A stretch of 26,330 nucleotides of DNA from a virus (lineage: Duplodnaviria; Caudoviricetes), in IMG/VR virus record IMGVR_UViG_3300020204_001674, positions 1 through 26,330 of that record. One strand, 5' to 3'. A program made the position numbers and the translations under genes. Positions within the stretch are counted from its first letter, which is position 1. Every line of letters starts with the position of its first letter. Positions 1 to 8,920 of this stretch are shown here, one piece after another. The notes under the pieces were generated by a model. That model ran no database searches. It saw only the letters and a list, made by a program, of their open reading frames with translations, and was not told where the DNA came from.

Positions 1-50
1 GCGACATTGATAACAAACTTCGGAGTAGTTTCAAATGAGAACACAGTCAT
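1..50 (-). CDS. 5' end of a CDS running off the left edge (MTVFSFETTPKFVINV...), possibly a GT25-type glycosyltransferase
   Basis: ATG at 50 overlaps the stop of the preceding gene (ATGA) and the frame is open to the edge. 'KFVINV' resembles the GT25 N-terminal 'xxINL' strand. Only 16 codons are visible. Confidence 0.45.
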   Translation of the reverse strand, partial: MTVFSFETTPKFVINV

Positions 51-1681
51 GGATTTTCTTTTCTCTGTGATCCATCGTAATGGTGGGCACGATTGTGATT
101 GATTGGAGTTGCCAGCAGGCAACCAACCTTCAGGTTTCCCGCACTAATCAGTTGATGAACATGACTCATCCATGTTTGCTCGAATGGATGCGCCCATTTG
201 ATGTCCAAGAACACCTTTCGGTTTCCTTGCTTGCTGAACATGACTGGCCAGTTGCAGTAGTGAAAGTCTCCAACAGCGTATGAAAGTCCGTCCACCGATC
301 CTGTGTAATGAATCTTGGTCTTGTTGCACACTCCCTTGATCTGTGGACCTGGGAAGTACTGTTCTTTCTTTTCGCCTGGAAGATTGTGCCATGACCAGTT
401 TAGATGATTGTCTCCGAAGAACTCGCTGAACGACAACTTCAGGTAATCCAAGGACTCCTTCTCCATGATGCTCATACACTTCTGAAACAGTTTCTCATCG
501 TAGCGAATCAAACCATTCCTGCATGGTGGATCAGATTTGCCACACAGAAGCATATCGTCCTCAAAGAACACCATGTATTGATGCTCGGACTCGTCAAACA
601 TCTCGGCGCACAACTGTCTCGCTCCACAGATTCCAAGATTCTCTGGCTTCTTTATCTCGGAGATGGAGTTCTTGGCAAAGATTCTACTGAACTCATCATC
701 GGTCTTTGGATTGGTGGAGTTGTTAATCACATACTTGGAAGCAGACTTGAATGTAGATGCGTGGTTTTTTGTGGAATCAACCCACAGGGAAAACTGCGCT
801 GGCAAATTGAAGCATACCGAGTATACTCCAAGTTTGGTATTTTTCATGTTCTCTTTGGGTTCTTTGATGATCTTCTCTACCCACGGAGCAATCAAACCAT
901 TTGATCCAATCATCTCATAGTGGCACAACTCGGGATGATTGTATGTCAGCAGCGTAAAGATGCTCTCTTCAGTACCCATCAGGCCTTTGTTCAGGCTGTC
1001 ATTCAAGTAAGAGTAGTAGAGTCCGTTTAGTTTGTTGATGTAGTCTTTGCTTCCACCAAACATTCCACCTCGTGCCACACGAACTACTTTGGTGCCATTA
1101 GCAAAGTCATTCAAGGCAGAAGACTTGAATCCGTGTATCTCTCCATCAGGTTCATAGGGGAAACACAGAAACAGCGCACCATCTTCCATGTACTTCACAA
1201 CTTCACTTTCAAAGCGCGATCCGAAAAGACTGTCGTGAACCGTGTTGACGATACCACCATCTACCCAAAGAAAATACTTTGTTTTGTGGGGGTTGAAAAT
1301 CGTAGTATCGTTCAACCAAAACATCTTAGACATGACTAATGGATTGTAAAGTTCTAGGCGTGCTTGTGTGCTTTCTGCTAACCATCCCTTTTGATTGTAC
1401 CATTCGGGATTTGTCCTGATCGTCTGTATCTGATCGTAGAACGGCATCTTGGTACGCAAGTCTTCAGCAGTTACATACCGCAGAGTAGTGTTGCTTCTAT
1501 CTCTGTTCTGCCAAACAAACTCTTCCAAATCAGGACTAATGAACAACATCATCGGACACTTTACTGCCCGAAGCAACTTACCAAAGGTTTCTTTGTAGTG
1601 ATTGAAAGGCCGTGAGAAAGATGTTTCCATCTCTCCTCTACCTATATTGATTAGTCCACTTACAATCGTGAGTGAAGACAT
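47..1681 (-). CDS. Two-domain glycosyltransferase-like protein: N-terminal HtrL/YibB (WlaTC-like) domain plus C-terminal GT-A-fold domain
   Basis: The N-half has 'LTIVSGL.NIGR', 'YNPLVMSK', 'FLWVDGG', 'GGMFGG' and 'GTEESIFT', typical of the HtrL family. The C-half has 'NLGICGARQ' and 'FFEDD' (DxD-like). Start placed at MSSLT (1681); the ORF track starts at 1693. Confidence 0.65.
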   Translation of the reverse strand: MSSLTIVSGLINIGRGEMETSFSRPFNHYKETFGKLLRAVKCPMMLFISPDLEEFVWQNRDRSNTTLRYVTAEDLRTKMPFYDQIQTIRTNPEWYNQKGWLAESTQARLELYNPLVMSKMFWLNDTTIFNPHKTKYFLWVDGGIVNTVHDSLFGSRFESEVVKYMEDGALFLCFPYEPDGEIHGFKSSALNDFANGTKVVRVARGGMFGGSKDYINKLNGLYYSYLNDSLNKGLMGTEESIFTLLTYNHPELCHYEMIGSNGLIAPWVEKIIKEPKENMKNTKLGVYSVCFNLPAQFSLWVDSTKNHASTFKSASKYVINNSTNPKTDDEFSRIFAKNSISEIKKPENLGICGARQLCAEMFDESEHQYMVFFEDDMLLCGKSDPPCRNGLIRYDEKLFQKCMSIMEKESLDYLKLSFSEFFGDNHLNWSWHNLPGEKKEQYFPGPQIKGVCNKTKIHYTGSVDGLSYAVGDFHYCNWPVMFSKQGNRKVFLDIKWAHPFEQTWMSHVHQLISAGNLKVGCLLATPINHNRAHHYDGSQRKENP

Positions 1682-1689
1682 AGTTACCC

Positions 1690-3018
1690 TCAATATCCTA
1701 GATGAATTGGCTTCTCAATTTTATTGAGCCATCCTTTAGACTTACTATAAGGCCAGAGAACAAACTTGGAAGGTTTGCTATCCACAGGACTCACAAAAGT
1801 TACTGCTAGTTTAGAGTGCCCTTCGCGGAGATCGTCTTTAGACTTGATAGCCTTGTCCCACATGATAGGTCTAGTCTCAGGCCTAAAGTCTTCTCTCCAA
1901 AGTGTATCGTTAGAATCATTGTGGATAGCACACACAACAAACTCTAGATCGCTCGCTTGGTGGAATTGCTTCTCGTCCCATACCAAAAGTGTGGCATTTC
2001 TAATCTTGCCTTCAGGTAGTCTCTCGCAACGGTTCTTGAAATCTAGTTGAGCATACTCCTCGTATTGCTGAAGAGTTCTTTCTTTGCCCTTACCGTACTT
2101 GCCAAACACAATGTTTGGATCGTATTCCATCTCAAACAGAACTCGGTTTCTATGATGGCAAATGTTGTTACGCTCAACCCAATTCATACCATCCACCAGT
2201 TTATCTTTGTTCTGATCAACATGATCTACCCAATGCTTATGGGTTCTATACTCGCGGGTGTATTCATGCCACACCACATTTCTATGTGGGGTGAACAGAT
2301 CATACCCGTGGGTGAAGCAACGCATTGCCAACGAAATCTCTTCTCCGTGGAAGTAGTAGTTGGGATCGTGTGGAACTTCTCGCACCATGTCTCCAATAGT
2401 GAAAGCAAAGTGAGCAGAGAAGAACCTACAAGGAATCGGAGATGTCAGTTCTTCAAACTTCTTTCCATTGCCTGCCCAAAAGCAAGTACCATCAATGTAG
2501 TGAGGCTTGAAGAACACACATCCTTCGGGGGTGAATCGGTCAAACTCCAAGTATAGTGCATGGTTCTTTTCAAGCAGATCATCGTGCTGTCGGCCGCGAT
2601 GTTGCTCAGGATTGAACGGAGTTACATATGCAGTAAGAAGTGGTTTCTTGTGTCCTTTTGCCTGTAACTCCTTGATCCATCCGATCAGAGTCTCATCCCA
2701 ATCTTGAGCAAAGCGATGATGAGAGTCTAGTTGGAGCGTGTACTCTTCTCCGCCATACAGTTGCTCTTGGATAGAGTTGCGTGCCCAACACGCTCCCTTG
2801 CTTTGATTCCACGGCACATCAATGATCTTGAAGCGAGGATCATTCTTGAACTCTTGTAGTTCAGCGTCCCACGGATCAGTAGCCTCGTGCTGCCAGCAAA
2901 TCCCAAATCGTAGGCGATCAGGGTACTTTGCCTTGTCTAAACAGTCCTTGATGGTAGGAACCAGTTCAGGATCACGATATGCTGCAATCTGAAGGAAAAT
3001 GCGTTCATCGCTTGCCAT
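1690..3018 (-). CDS. GlcNAc-transferase family glycosyltransferase (GT60/Gnt1-like, Pfam 'GlcNAc')
   Basis: Motifs 'IFLQIAAYRDPEL', 'GACWAR', 'LQLDSHHRF...WD', 'VPHDP..YFHGEE...R.FTHGYD' and 'WHEY'. Confidence 0.8.
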   Translation of the reverse strand: MASDERIFLQIAAYRDPELVPTIKDCLDKAKYPDRLRFGICWQHEATDPWDAELQEFKNDPRFKIIDVPWNQSKGACWARNSIQEQLYGGEEYTLQLDSHHRFAQDWDETLIGWIKELQAKGHKKPLLTAYVTPFNPEQHRGRQHDDLLEKNHALYLEFDRFTPEGCVFFKPHYIDGTCFWAGNGKKFEELTSPIPCRFFSAHFAFTIGDMVREVPHDPNYYFHGEEISLAMRCFTHGYDLFTPHRNVVWHEYTREYRTHKHWVDHVDQNKDKLVDGMNWVERNNICHHRNRVLFEMEYDPNIVFGKYGKGKERTLQQYEEYAQLDFKNRCERLPEGKIRNATLLVWDEKQFHQASDLEFVVCAIHNDSNDTLWREDFRPETRPIMWDKAIKSKDDLREGHSKLAVTFVSPVDSKPSKFVLWPYSKSKGWLNKIEKPIHLGY

Positions 3019-3340
3019 TTTGTACTCTCTCTTTCTCTTTCAAGTAAGCACTCAACAGAACCATATAGTTGATTACATCTACACAAGTATCCATGAAACT
3101 CTCATTGGAAACATGAAGTTTGCCAGACTCAACAAACGAACTGAGTCTGCTCATCTTATCAGTAAGACGAACCAAGAACCCCTGCTCGGTGGAGCAGATG
3201 CCCATTGATTCTACTCTTGTAAAGTTTGCGAACGGTTCTAGTCCGTCATTGCCTGCGTAGTCTCGGTTCTTCGCATCCATGAGGATGCGGCCGCTTTCGC
3301 AGATTTCTTTGTGCCATGCCAAAAGTTCATCACGAGTCAT
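3005..3340 (-). CDS. Nucleotide modification associated domain 1 (Nmad1/DUF1599; MazG-like all-alpha fold) protein
   Basis: Pattern 'KNRDYAG...PFANF...G.LVRLTDKMSRL...ESF.DT..D.INY'. Start placed at MTRDELL after an AGGAAGG SD-like sequence. Confidence 0.7.
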   Translation of the reverse strand: MTRDELLAWHKEICESGRILMDAKNRDYAGNDGLEPFANFTRVESMGICSTEQGFLVRLTDKMSRLSSFVESGKLHVSNESFMDTCVDVINYMVLLSAYLKEKERVQNGKR

Positions 3341-3347
3341 AATATAA

Positions 3348-3872
3348 TCACCTTCCTGTTGATCCAAACCCACCGATACGATCTGTAGTTTGTTCGGGTC
3401 TAGTATGTATCTGTTCGATGGGTAACCTAAGTATGCTTACAAGATCACCTTGACAGATTCTTTCGCCATGTTTTACTGTAACAATGGCGCTTGATGCGTT
3501 CCTGACCATCAGGAACAACTCATCAAAATAGTCTGCGTCAATGATACCTTCTCCGTTCGGCATAATAAGTCCACGCTTTAGTGCAACGCTTGATCGCATA
3601 TGCACTCGAACAGAGTATCCCATAGGAATCTTTGCAATCAATCCAGTTGGAATCAGTACAGTAGTTTGCGGGGGAATCATCAAATCAGAGATGTGCCGTG
3701 GAGTAAGTCTGAGCATATCACCCATAGTGTTTTCAGCATCAACCGATTTGATGATTCTAAGATATCCACGATCATCCACAAGGTGTGCTGCCAAATCAAA
3801 ACAAGCAGAATGTTCAGTTGCGTATGTGGGAAGTGGCGCGTTTGCATACAGTTGATGAAAGCCAAACTGCAT
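3348..3872 (-). CDS. dut: Trimeric dUTPase
   Basis: All five motifs are present: ACFDL, RSS, GIIDADY, RICQG and RIGGFGSTG. Confidence 0.93.
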   Translation of the reverse strand: MQFGFHQLYANAPLPTYATEHSACFDLAAHLVDDRGYLRIIKSVDAENTMGDMLRLTPRHISDLMIPPQTTVLIPTGLIAKIPMGYSVRVHMRSSVALKRGLIMPNGEGIIDADYFDELFLMVRNASSAIVTVKHGERICQGDLVSILRLPIEQIHTRPEQTTDRIGGFGSTGR

Positions 3873-3882
3873 TGTGTCTCCA

Positions 3883-4557
3883 TTACTTAGAGGGAATAGG
3901 AATCAGTTCATTCAATGCTTGCACATGAGTCGGAACAAGTGGACGATCAGTAAGACTTTGCCATTTGTTTTGACTTTCCCGTTCAGCGGACTGTACGAAC
4001 ATTGGGGTAGAGGCAGCAATCACTTTGAACTTACTCTGTGCTGCGGCAAATCCATTATCCATAGGAATTTGCTTGGTGTACAAACACATATGCGCTATGT
4101 CTGCTGCATAGTTCTTGTATCTTTCGGACACATACAGTACTGCGTGTGCTGCGAGCATACCGAAGATTCTGTACCATCCATTGTTCAAGTCAACAATTGC
4201 TTGCTTCTTATTTCCATGAGAAATACCAAGATACACGGCATCAGTATCATCCGGCACTTCTATCACAGGTACGAATGCTTCAGTTGCAAGAGCATCATCC
4301 TCCAACACAAGAACAGATCCCTTGCTTGCTGATAGCAAGGCATCAATGTGCGCTTGTCCACATCCCATGTAGTGTTTGCCAAACGCTCTGAGTTTAACAG
4401 CGGATAGGTTTTTTGGTGGTGGAATGATCCTGCCTGGGATTCGCATATGCGAAGTGAATCCCAAGCGATCAAATTGCTCAGTCATTTGTTTGGCATTTGA
4501 AGTTGCTCGGTCTAGATTGATCCATCTAGTTTGTACATTACGAAGGTCAATTTTCAT
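3883..4557 (-). CDS. Glycosyltransferase family 25-like protein
   Basis: Motifs 'WINLDR', 'GCGQAH', 'LVLEDDA', 'VYLG' and 'AHAVLY'. Confidence 0.75.
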   Translation of the reverse strand: MKIDLRNVQTRWINLDRATSNAKQMTEQFDRLGFTSHMRIPGRIIPPPKNLSAVKLRAFGKHYMGCGQAHIDALLSASKGSVLVLEDDALATEAFVPVIEVPDDTDAVYLGISHGNKKQAIVDLNNGWYRIFGMLAAHAVLYVSERYKNYAADIAHMCLYTKQIPMDNGFAAAQSKFKVIAASTPMFVQSAERESQNKWQSLTDRPLVPTHVQALNELIPIPSK

Positions 4558-4568
4558 GTCACTCTCTC

Positions 4569-4979
4569 TTAGAACTTCTTACCGATATGATACTTGGGAA
4601 CCAGTTCCCAATCTCCCTTTTCCTTGTGGGGAATGATCTTGATTTGAGCAAGGCCTGCGGTGATATTTGCTGTCTTTGTGGGATCAACTACTTTGACGAG
4701 TCCCCATTCGTTCAACAAAGTCACAATGGTATTGCGTCGAGCGATATCTGCTTCGGTCAGCGTGGACGGAAGACCATCAAGCGCGAACAGTTCCTTGAAA
4801 TGGACGATATAGTATTTGCCCCGCTTGTGTAGAATATGGCAAGACTGATACAGTTTCTTTTCAGTCTTGGAGGAAATCCCAATGCGGGTCAGGGTTTCCT
4901 TTACCTTTAGGAAATCATCTGGCTTTGCCAGTGTGATCTCTACTAATTCTTCAACGGTGATTTTGGGTTGGTGTTCCAT
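4569..4979 (-). CDS. regA: Translational repressor RegA
   Basis: 'PDDFLKVKETLTRIGI.S....LYQSCHILHKRGKYYIVHFKELFALDG' and 'W.LVPKY.IG'; follows gp62 as in T4. Confidence 0.96.
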   Translation of the reverse strand: MEHQPKITVEELVEITLAKPDDFLKVKETLTRIGISSKTEKKLYQSCHILHKRGKYYIVHFKELFALDGLPSTLTEADIARRNTIVTLLNEWGLVKVVDPTKTANITAGLAQIKIIPHKEKGDWELVPKYHIGKKF

Positions 4980-5041
4980 ACATATGCACTCCATGCCAAT
5001 GAGTATGCCTCATCTTTACAAATATGTAGGAACCGGCTAAC

Positions 5042-5422
5042 TTAGACACCGCCCCGATAGGTAGAGCGCACAATGTTAGTGATCTGTTCGGGTGTCAGTA
5101 CTCGCATGATGTCTTTAGCCTTGGCATCAGAGCAACCATACCGCTCTTTGATAGATGCCAGATTTTCTGCTTCTTCTGCCTTGAACCATTTACTGAATCG
5201 TTTCCTAGAGCGGATGCTATGCCGCAGAAAATCAAACTGCATTCGTTTACGCAGGGAACCATAACGATTCATCGCGTTTGCTTGCAAGATGGTATCAGGG
5301 AAGTAGGACAGTCCTCGGTTCACCAAGAACGGAACATATCCCTTCTCGTCATGCTCTTCATCACACAACGAGTTCTTGTTCACATTGATGGCGTTCAGGT
5401 AGTCTGTGAGTTTAAGCGGCAT
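5042..5422 (-). CDS. gp62: Clamp loader small subunit (T4 gp62)
   Basis: 'Y.PFLVNRGLSYFPDT...AN.MN...QFDFL...IR..KRFSKW.K' and C-terminal 'GG'; sits upstream of regA. Confidence 0.92.
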   Translation of the reverse strand: MPLKLTDYLNAINVNKNSLCDEEHDEKGYVPFLVNRGLSYFPDTILQANAMNRYGSLRKRMQFDFLRHSIRSRKRFSKWFKAEEAENLASIKERYGCSDAKAKDIMRVLTPEQITNIVRSTYRGGV

Positions 5423-5678
5423 CTCGCACCACCAAAGCAATGTGATCCTGATGTACCAAGTCTAGATCACCGTAGTGATTGCCACGATTAGTCGCTAGTT
5501 CCCAATACACCATATCTCCCACACGAATATCCTCGGTGATTCCACATCCAACCGCAACCACTTCAGCAAGTACAAAGTGACCCTTGGTATTATCATCCTT
5601 GTAGATGATTCCACCCTCGGTCTTCTTCTCTTTACCAAGATCGGTGCGTACAGCAACCCACTTACCAATAGGTCGCAT
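5412..5678 (-). CDS. groES: GroES/Cpn10-like co-chaperonin
   Basis: 'MRPIGKWVAV', mobile loop 'KKTEGGII' and 'AEVVAVG.G...IRVGD.V'. The start overlaps the upstream stop (TAATG). Confidence 0.85.
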   Translation of the reverse strand: MRPIGKWVAVRTDLGKEKKTEGGIIYKDDNTKGHFVLAEVVAVGCGITEDIRVGDMVYWELATNRGNHYGDLDLVHQDHIALVVRDAA

Positions 5679-6355
5679 TATGCTCTCCTCATGCAGAGCC
5701 ATGCAACCTGAGTAAACTCAGATTTCATATAAGGAATCACATCGGCTGGAACTTTCAAATCACTATCCCATGTTTCACACCAAAGCCAAAGATTCTTGTC
5801 TAACTTCTCTTCATTCGACATTGAATTAAGTAGTTCTTTGTCAGGATGATAGTCATGTCCCATGATAACATCTCCTGATTTTAAGAGCGGGGAGAGAGCA
5901 GTCAATTCATGCATCTTGTTTGCACCATCACACAGGACTATCGTAGTTCCTTCGGAAGCGATAATACTTGCAACCCCATCATGCTTTTCGGGAATCAATG
6001 TTGCTTCCCCATAGTTAAAGATGTTCTCTACTCGGAACTCAATCGCATCAGTAGAATATCCAAGAGATTCAGCGTTAGTCTTGCCTATGTTATGGATGTC
6101 CCAAGTAATGATTTTGGTTGAGTTCATTCCTAGTTCATCTAGGGTGTCGCGTAGCAGAAGCGTCAGTCCTGCATGAGAAGTACCAATTTCAAGAACTCTG
6201 ACTGGTTTAGTTTGTCTGAACAACTCCTTAAAGCATTCAGTGATATTGGGATGTTGCATGGTGATATATCCCTTGTACGAAAACCAACCTTGTCTAAGTA
6301 ATTCTCTATCTACCATGTCACGAGACGGCCCGAGCGTGTATGAAATTCTCCTCAT
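5678..6355 (-). CDS. Class I SAM-dependent methyltransferase (Methyltransf_24/CmcI-like, probably a sugar or small-molecule O-MTase)
   Basis: Motif I 'VLEIGTSHAG', 'ITWDI', 'LCDGANK' and 'LKSGDVIMGHDY'. ATG 6355 overlaps the gp44 stop (ATGA). Confidence 0.7.
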   Translation of the reverse strand: MRRISYTLGPSRDMVDRELLRQGWFSYKGYITMQHPNITECFKELFRQTKPVRVLEIGTSHAGLTLLLRDTLDELGMNSTKIITWDIHNIGKTNAESLGYSTDAIEFRVENIFNYGEATLIPEKHDGVASIIASEGTTIVLCDGANKMHELTALSPLLKSGDVIMGHDYHPDKELLNSMSNEEKLDKNLWLWCETWDSDLKVPADVIPYMKSEFTQVAWLCMRRA

Positions 6356-7299
6356 TTGAACTCGCACTCCATCATAATCTCGGTCAAGCAAGCAGTCATG
6401 TTGATCTCTGCATCGGCAACAAATGCTGCCTTGTACTGGTACTCTGCCAGAATCAGAACCAACTTCGGAATGCTAGACGGAGTAAAGCAATCGTACATGG
6501 ACTCGTAAATCTTGCGAAACAGAGATGCTGAATCAGCATCAGAGTTCTCTACAACCCACTTGCGAACCGATGTGAAGTCCTTGTCTTTCAAGGCAGAGAT
6601 GAGTTCCTTGATCTTGATTTCACCAAGTTGAGTCAGGATACCCACATCAATCTTGCCAGACACCGAATACCGCTGCAACTCATTCAAGATGCGGCGGAAA
6701 TCGGGGAAGTGCTTCATTATGAGTTCGACAAGCACCTTGTCATCGTATGCGACACCTTCGGCATCCAAGATGCCTTTGACTCGCTGAAGCATTTGCTTGG
6801 CGAGGGTGGGTCGTTCTTTGGTTGGGATTTGGAAGTTGATGCAAGTACACCGCGATTGAAGCGGTTCGATGATCCTGTTCTTGAAGTTACAAGTCAGGAT
6901 GAACCGGCAGTTCGCGCTGAACTCTTCCATGAATCCACGCAGAGCAGGCTGTGTGCTTTGGGCATTCGAGTAATCAAACTCGTCAAGAATCACAACCTTC
7001 TTGTTGCCTGACATGGATACCGTACTCGCAAAGTTTCGGATGCGAGTACGGAGGGTATCAATGTTTCCATCTTCTGAGCAGTTGACGATGATGCAGTCGC
7101 TATCCAGTTCGTTGCACAAGGAACGGGCAACTGTAGTCTTCCCGCATCCTGCTCCACCCGATAGCAGTAAGTTCTGCACCTCGCCCGACTCCACCATGTC
7201 GGTGAAAGTCTTCTTCATCGCAGACGGAAGAATGCAGTCCGCAATCACCTTTGGGCGGTACTTCTCCACCCAAAGGTATTCGGTTACCGTAGCAGTCAT
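6352..7299 (-). CDS. gp44: Clamp loader large subunit, AAA+ (T4 gp44)
   Basis: 'LWVEKYRP', Walker A 'GGAGCGKTT', Walker B 'ILDEFD', 'SRC' motif and 'FPDFRR.LNELQRY'. Confidence 0.97.
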   Translation of the reverse strand: MTATVTEYLWVEKYRPKVIADCILPSAMKKTFTDMVESGEVQNLLLSGGAGCGKTTVARSLCNELDSDCIIVNCSEDGNIDTLRTRIRNFASTVSMSGNKKVVILDEFDYSNAQSTQPALRGFMEEFSANCRFILTCNFKNRIIEPLQSRCTCINFQIPTKERPTLAKQMLQRVKGILDAEGVAYDDKVLVELIMKHFPDFRRILNELQRYSVSGKIDVGILTQLGEIKIKELISALKDKDFTSVRKWVVENSDADSASLFRKIYESMYDCFTPSSIPKLVLILAEYQYKAAFVADAEINMTACLTEIMMECEFK

Positions 7300-7301
7300 G
7301 T

Positions 7302-8021
7302 TTACTCCTTAGAGGCAGTGCTTGAAGTTGCTTCAAGCGCAACGAAGTAAGTCAAGTCCTTGCTGCAATGTGAGAACTTGGCGACAATGCTCTTGCTGAT
7401 ATGCACATCGTAATCGCCCGGCATGAGTTTCAGATTGTCAACCTTCATGTGAATATCAAACTTGGTCTTCGCCTTGTTCTCTCCCACAACGATGGAGTAA
7501 GTGTTGGAACCCTTGTCTGACTTGTCGAACACGACAACTTCAATCTTGTCTTTCGTTCCGCGTACAGAGATGTCACCAACCTGTAGCACAGAACTGGCTC
7601 GCATGATCTCAGCAACATTGTCTGCGGTCAACTTGAATGACACAAGAATATCGGGCATAGTGATACTCTTCTTGGGAGCAGTCAGCAGACTTGGTTCGCA
7701 GTAGTAGTAATTGACACTCGGTGCATTCTTGCGAGCCGCATCAGAGATTACCACAGACTTCTCTCCAAAAGTCAGCAGCGGTTCCTTGAACAGCGAGATC
7801 ACACCAAGAAACTTATTCAAGTCCCAAATGCCAAACTCGATGTCGAAAGTTTCGTCTACGGTTGCCTCAGCCATGACATTCTTTACAGGAGTCACGGTGG
7901 CAATAGTGTTGCCTGGACGGATGAGAATGTTTGAGTTCAGCGAGGCGAAGTTCTTGAGAACAGCGAGAGTTTCTTGAGATAGTTTCATACCAGTTTCGTT
8001 TTCAGTAGCAGTAGCAGTCAT
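7302..8021 (-). CDS. gp45: Sliding clamp (T4 gp45)
   Basis: 'MKLS.ETL.VLKNFASLN.NI', 'FGIWDLN.FL', 'NLK.MPGDY.V' and 'YFVALE'. A GGAGA SD precedes ATG 8021. Confidence 0.95.
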   Translation of the reverse strand: MTATATENETGMKLSQETLAVLKNFASLNSNILIRPGNTIATVTPVKNVMAEATVDETFDIEFGIWDLNKFLGVISLFKEPLLTFGEKSVVISDAARKNAPSVNYYYCEPSLLTAPKKSITMPDILVSFKLTADNVAEIMRASSVLQVGDISVRGTKDKIEVVVFDKSDKGSNTYSIVVGENKAKTKFDIHMKVDNLKLMPGDYDVHISKSIVAKFSHCSKDLTYFVALEATSSTASKE

Positions 8022-8050
8022 AATGTCTCCATTCTGTAAGGGGTTCACAA

Positions 8051-8078
8051 AGTATACTTTCACCTTGGTTTCTTGCAA
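8051..8078 (-). promoter_or_regulatory. sigma70-like promoter upstream of gp45
   Basis: TTGCAA-N16-TATACT on the minus strand. Confidence 0.55.
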
Positions 8079-8215
8079 CCACAACCTTTAGATTTTTCAG
8101 GATTGGGTGGTGCAGAGTTTATTTGCCGTGCCTGTATGTTTGCAGGTTGATTCGGCGATGGTCTAGATGTCTGTGGTGAGTTGTTGAGTCTTGTTGGGCG
8201 ATTAATTCGTCGCAT
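8060..8215 (-). CDS. 51-aa small protein missing from the ORF track (Pro/Asn/Arg-rich, C-terminal GCGCKK)
   Basis: Manual translation: MRRINRPTRLNNSPQTSRPSPNQPANIQARQINSAPPNPEKSKGCGCKKPR*. It overlaps the end of the upstream ORF and fills the gap before gp45. Confidence 0.5.
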   Translation of the reverse strand: MRRINRPTRLNNSPQTSRPSPNQPANIQARQINSAPPNPEKSKGCGCKKPR

Positions 8216-8744
8216 CGGTTTTCTTGATCGTCAGGTCTACTTGCCGTTCGATCTGCTCCTTTCGGGTAAAGTCGTACTTCATTCTTCGTTCGACAGTTTC
8301 TTCTGCGCTAGGAGTGTAGTTTGTGAATCCAGGCATACTGAGTGGACAAACAACTTTCGGGAAGTCAAGTTTCGTGTAATCTTCTGGCTGCTTGGCATTC
8401 AGCCAAGTTGCCGCTCTATCTCCGCAGCCACACTCACCACAATAGAATCTACCTTGCTCTGCCTGACTATCTCGCCTAAACTGACATGGTTCAATACCTC
8501 TAGCAGAGTCTCCATGGCAGGAAACCAAACGAACCCTTTTGGTTTCTTCGTCGCATCTCTTGTCTTGAGTGATTCCGCGTGAAGCATACGCTTCTACCAC
8601 ACTCTTTACCTTGTTCAGTAGAGAAGGTGGATGTTGCGGTCCTGGAGTAGGGATTGGAGTAGAAGCAGGTGAACGCTGTTTGGGTGTTCCCTTAGACCAC
8701 CCTCCGGTAGCAACAATCTTTTTACCGTTGTTTGGTGCGCTCAT
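8202..8744 (-). CDS. Cys-rich putative metal-binding protein (DUF6171-like pattern)
   Basis: 'R...C...C...YCGECGC...K...CP' pattern after a Pro-rich N-terminus. A GAGGA SD precedes ATG 8744. Confidence 0.55.
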   Translation of the reverse strand: MSAPNNGKKIVATGGWSKGTPKQRSPASTPIPTPGPQHPPSLLNKVKSVVEAYASRGITQDKRCDEETKRVRLVSCHGDSARGIEPCQFRRDSQAEQGRFYCGECGCGDRAATWLNAKQPEDYTKLDFPKVVCPLSMPGFTNYTPSAEETVERRMKYDFTRKEQIERQVDLTIKKTDATN

Positions 8745-8919
8745 CTTGATAATCCTCAAACGAGTCGTCTTCGTAACGCTCAATGTCAGAAGATGCTTCT
8801 CGCATCTTTTGCTTCTGTGAATGACGGTCGCCGCGCTTTTGCTTTTTCTTTATACCGCGATCCTTATGAAAGCGTTCAAAAGAACCCGATTCTTCCCAAT
8901 TGTTCCACGGTTTACTCAT
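8722..8919 (-). CDS. Small charged hypothetical protein
   Basis: Starts 1 nt after the rnh stop and overlaps the next gene. A basic tract is followed by an acidic tract. Confidence 0.55.
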   Translation of the reverse strand: MSKPWNNWEESGSFERFHKDRGIKKKQKRGDRHSQKQKMREASSDIERYEDDSFEDYQDERTKQR

Positions 8920-8920
8920 A

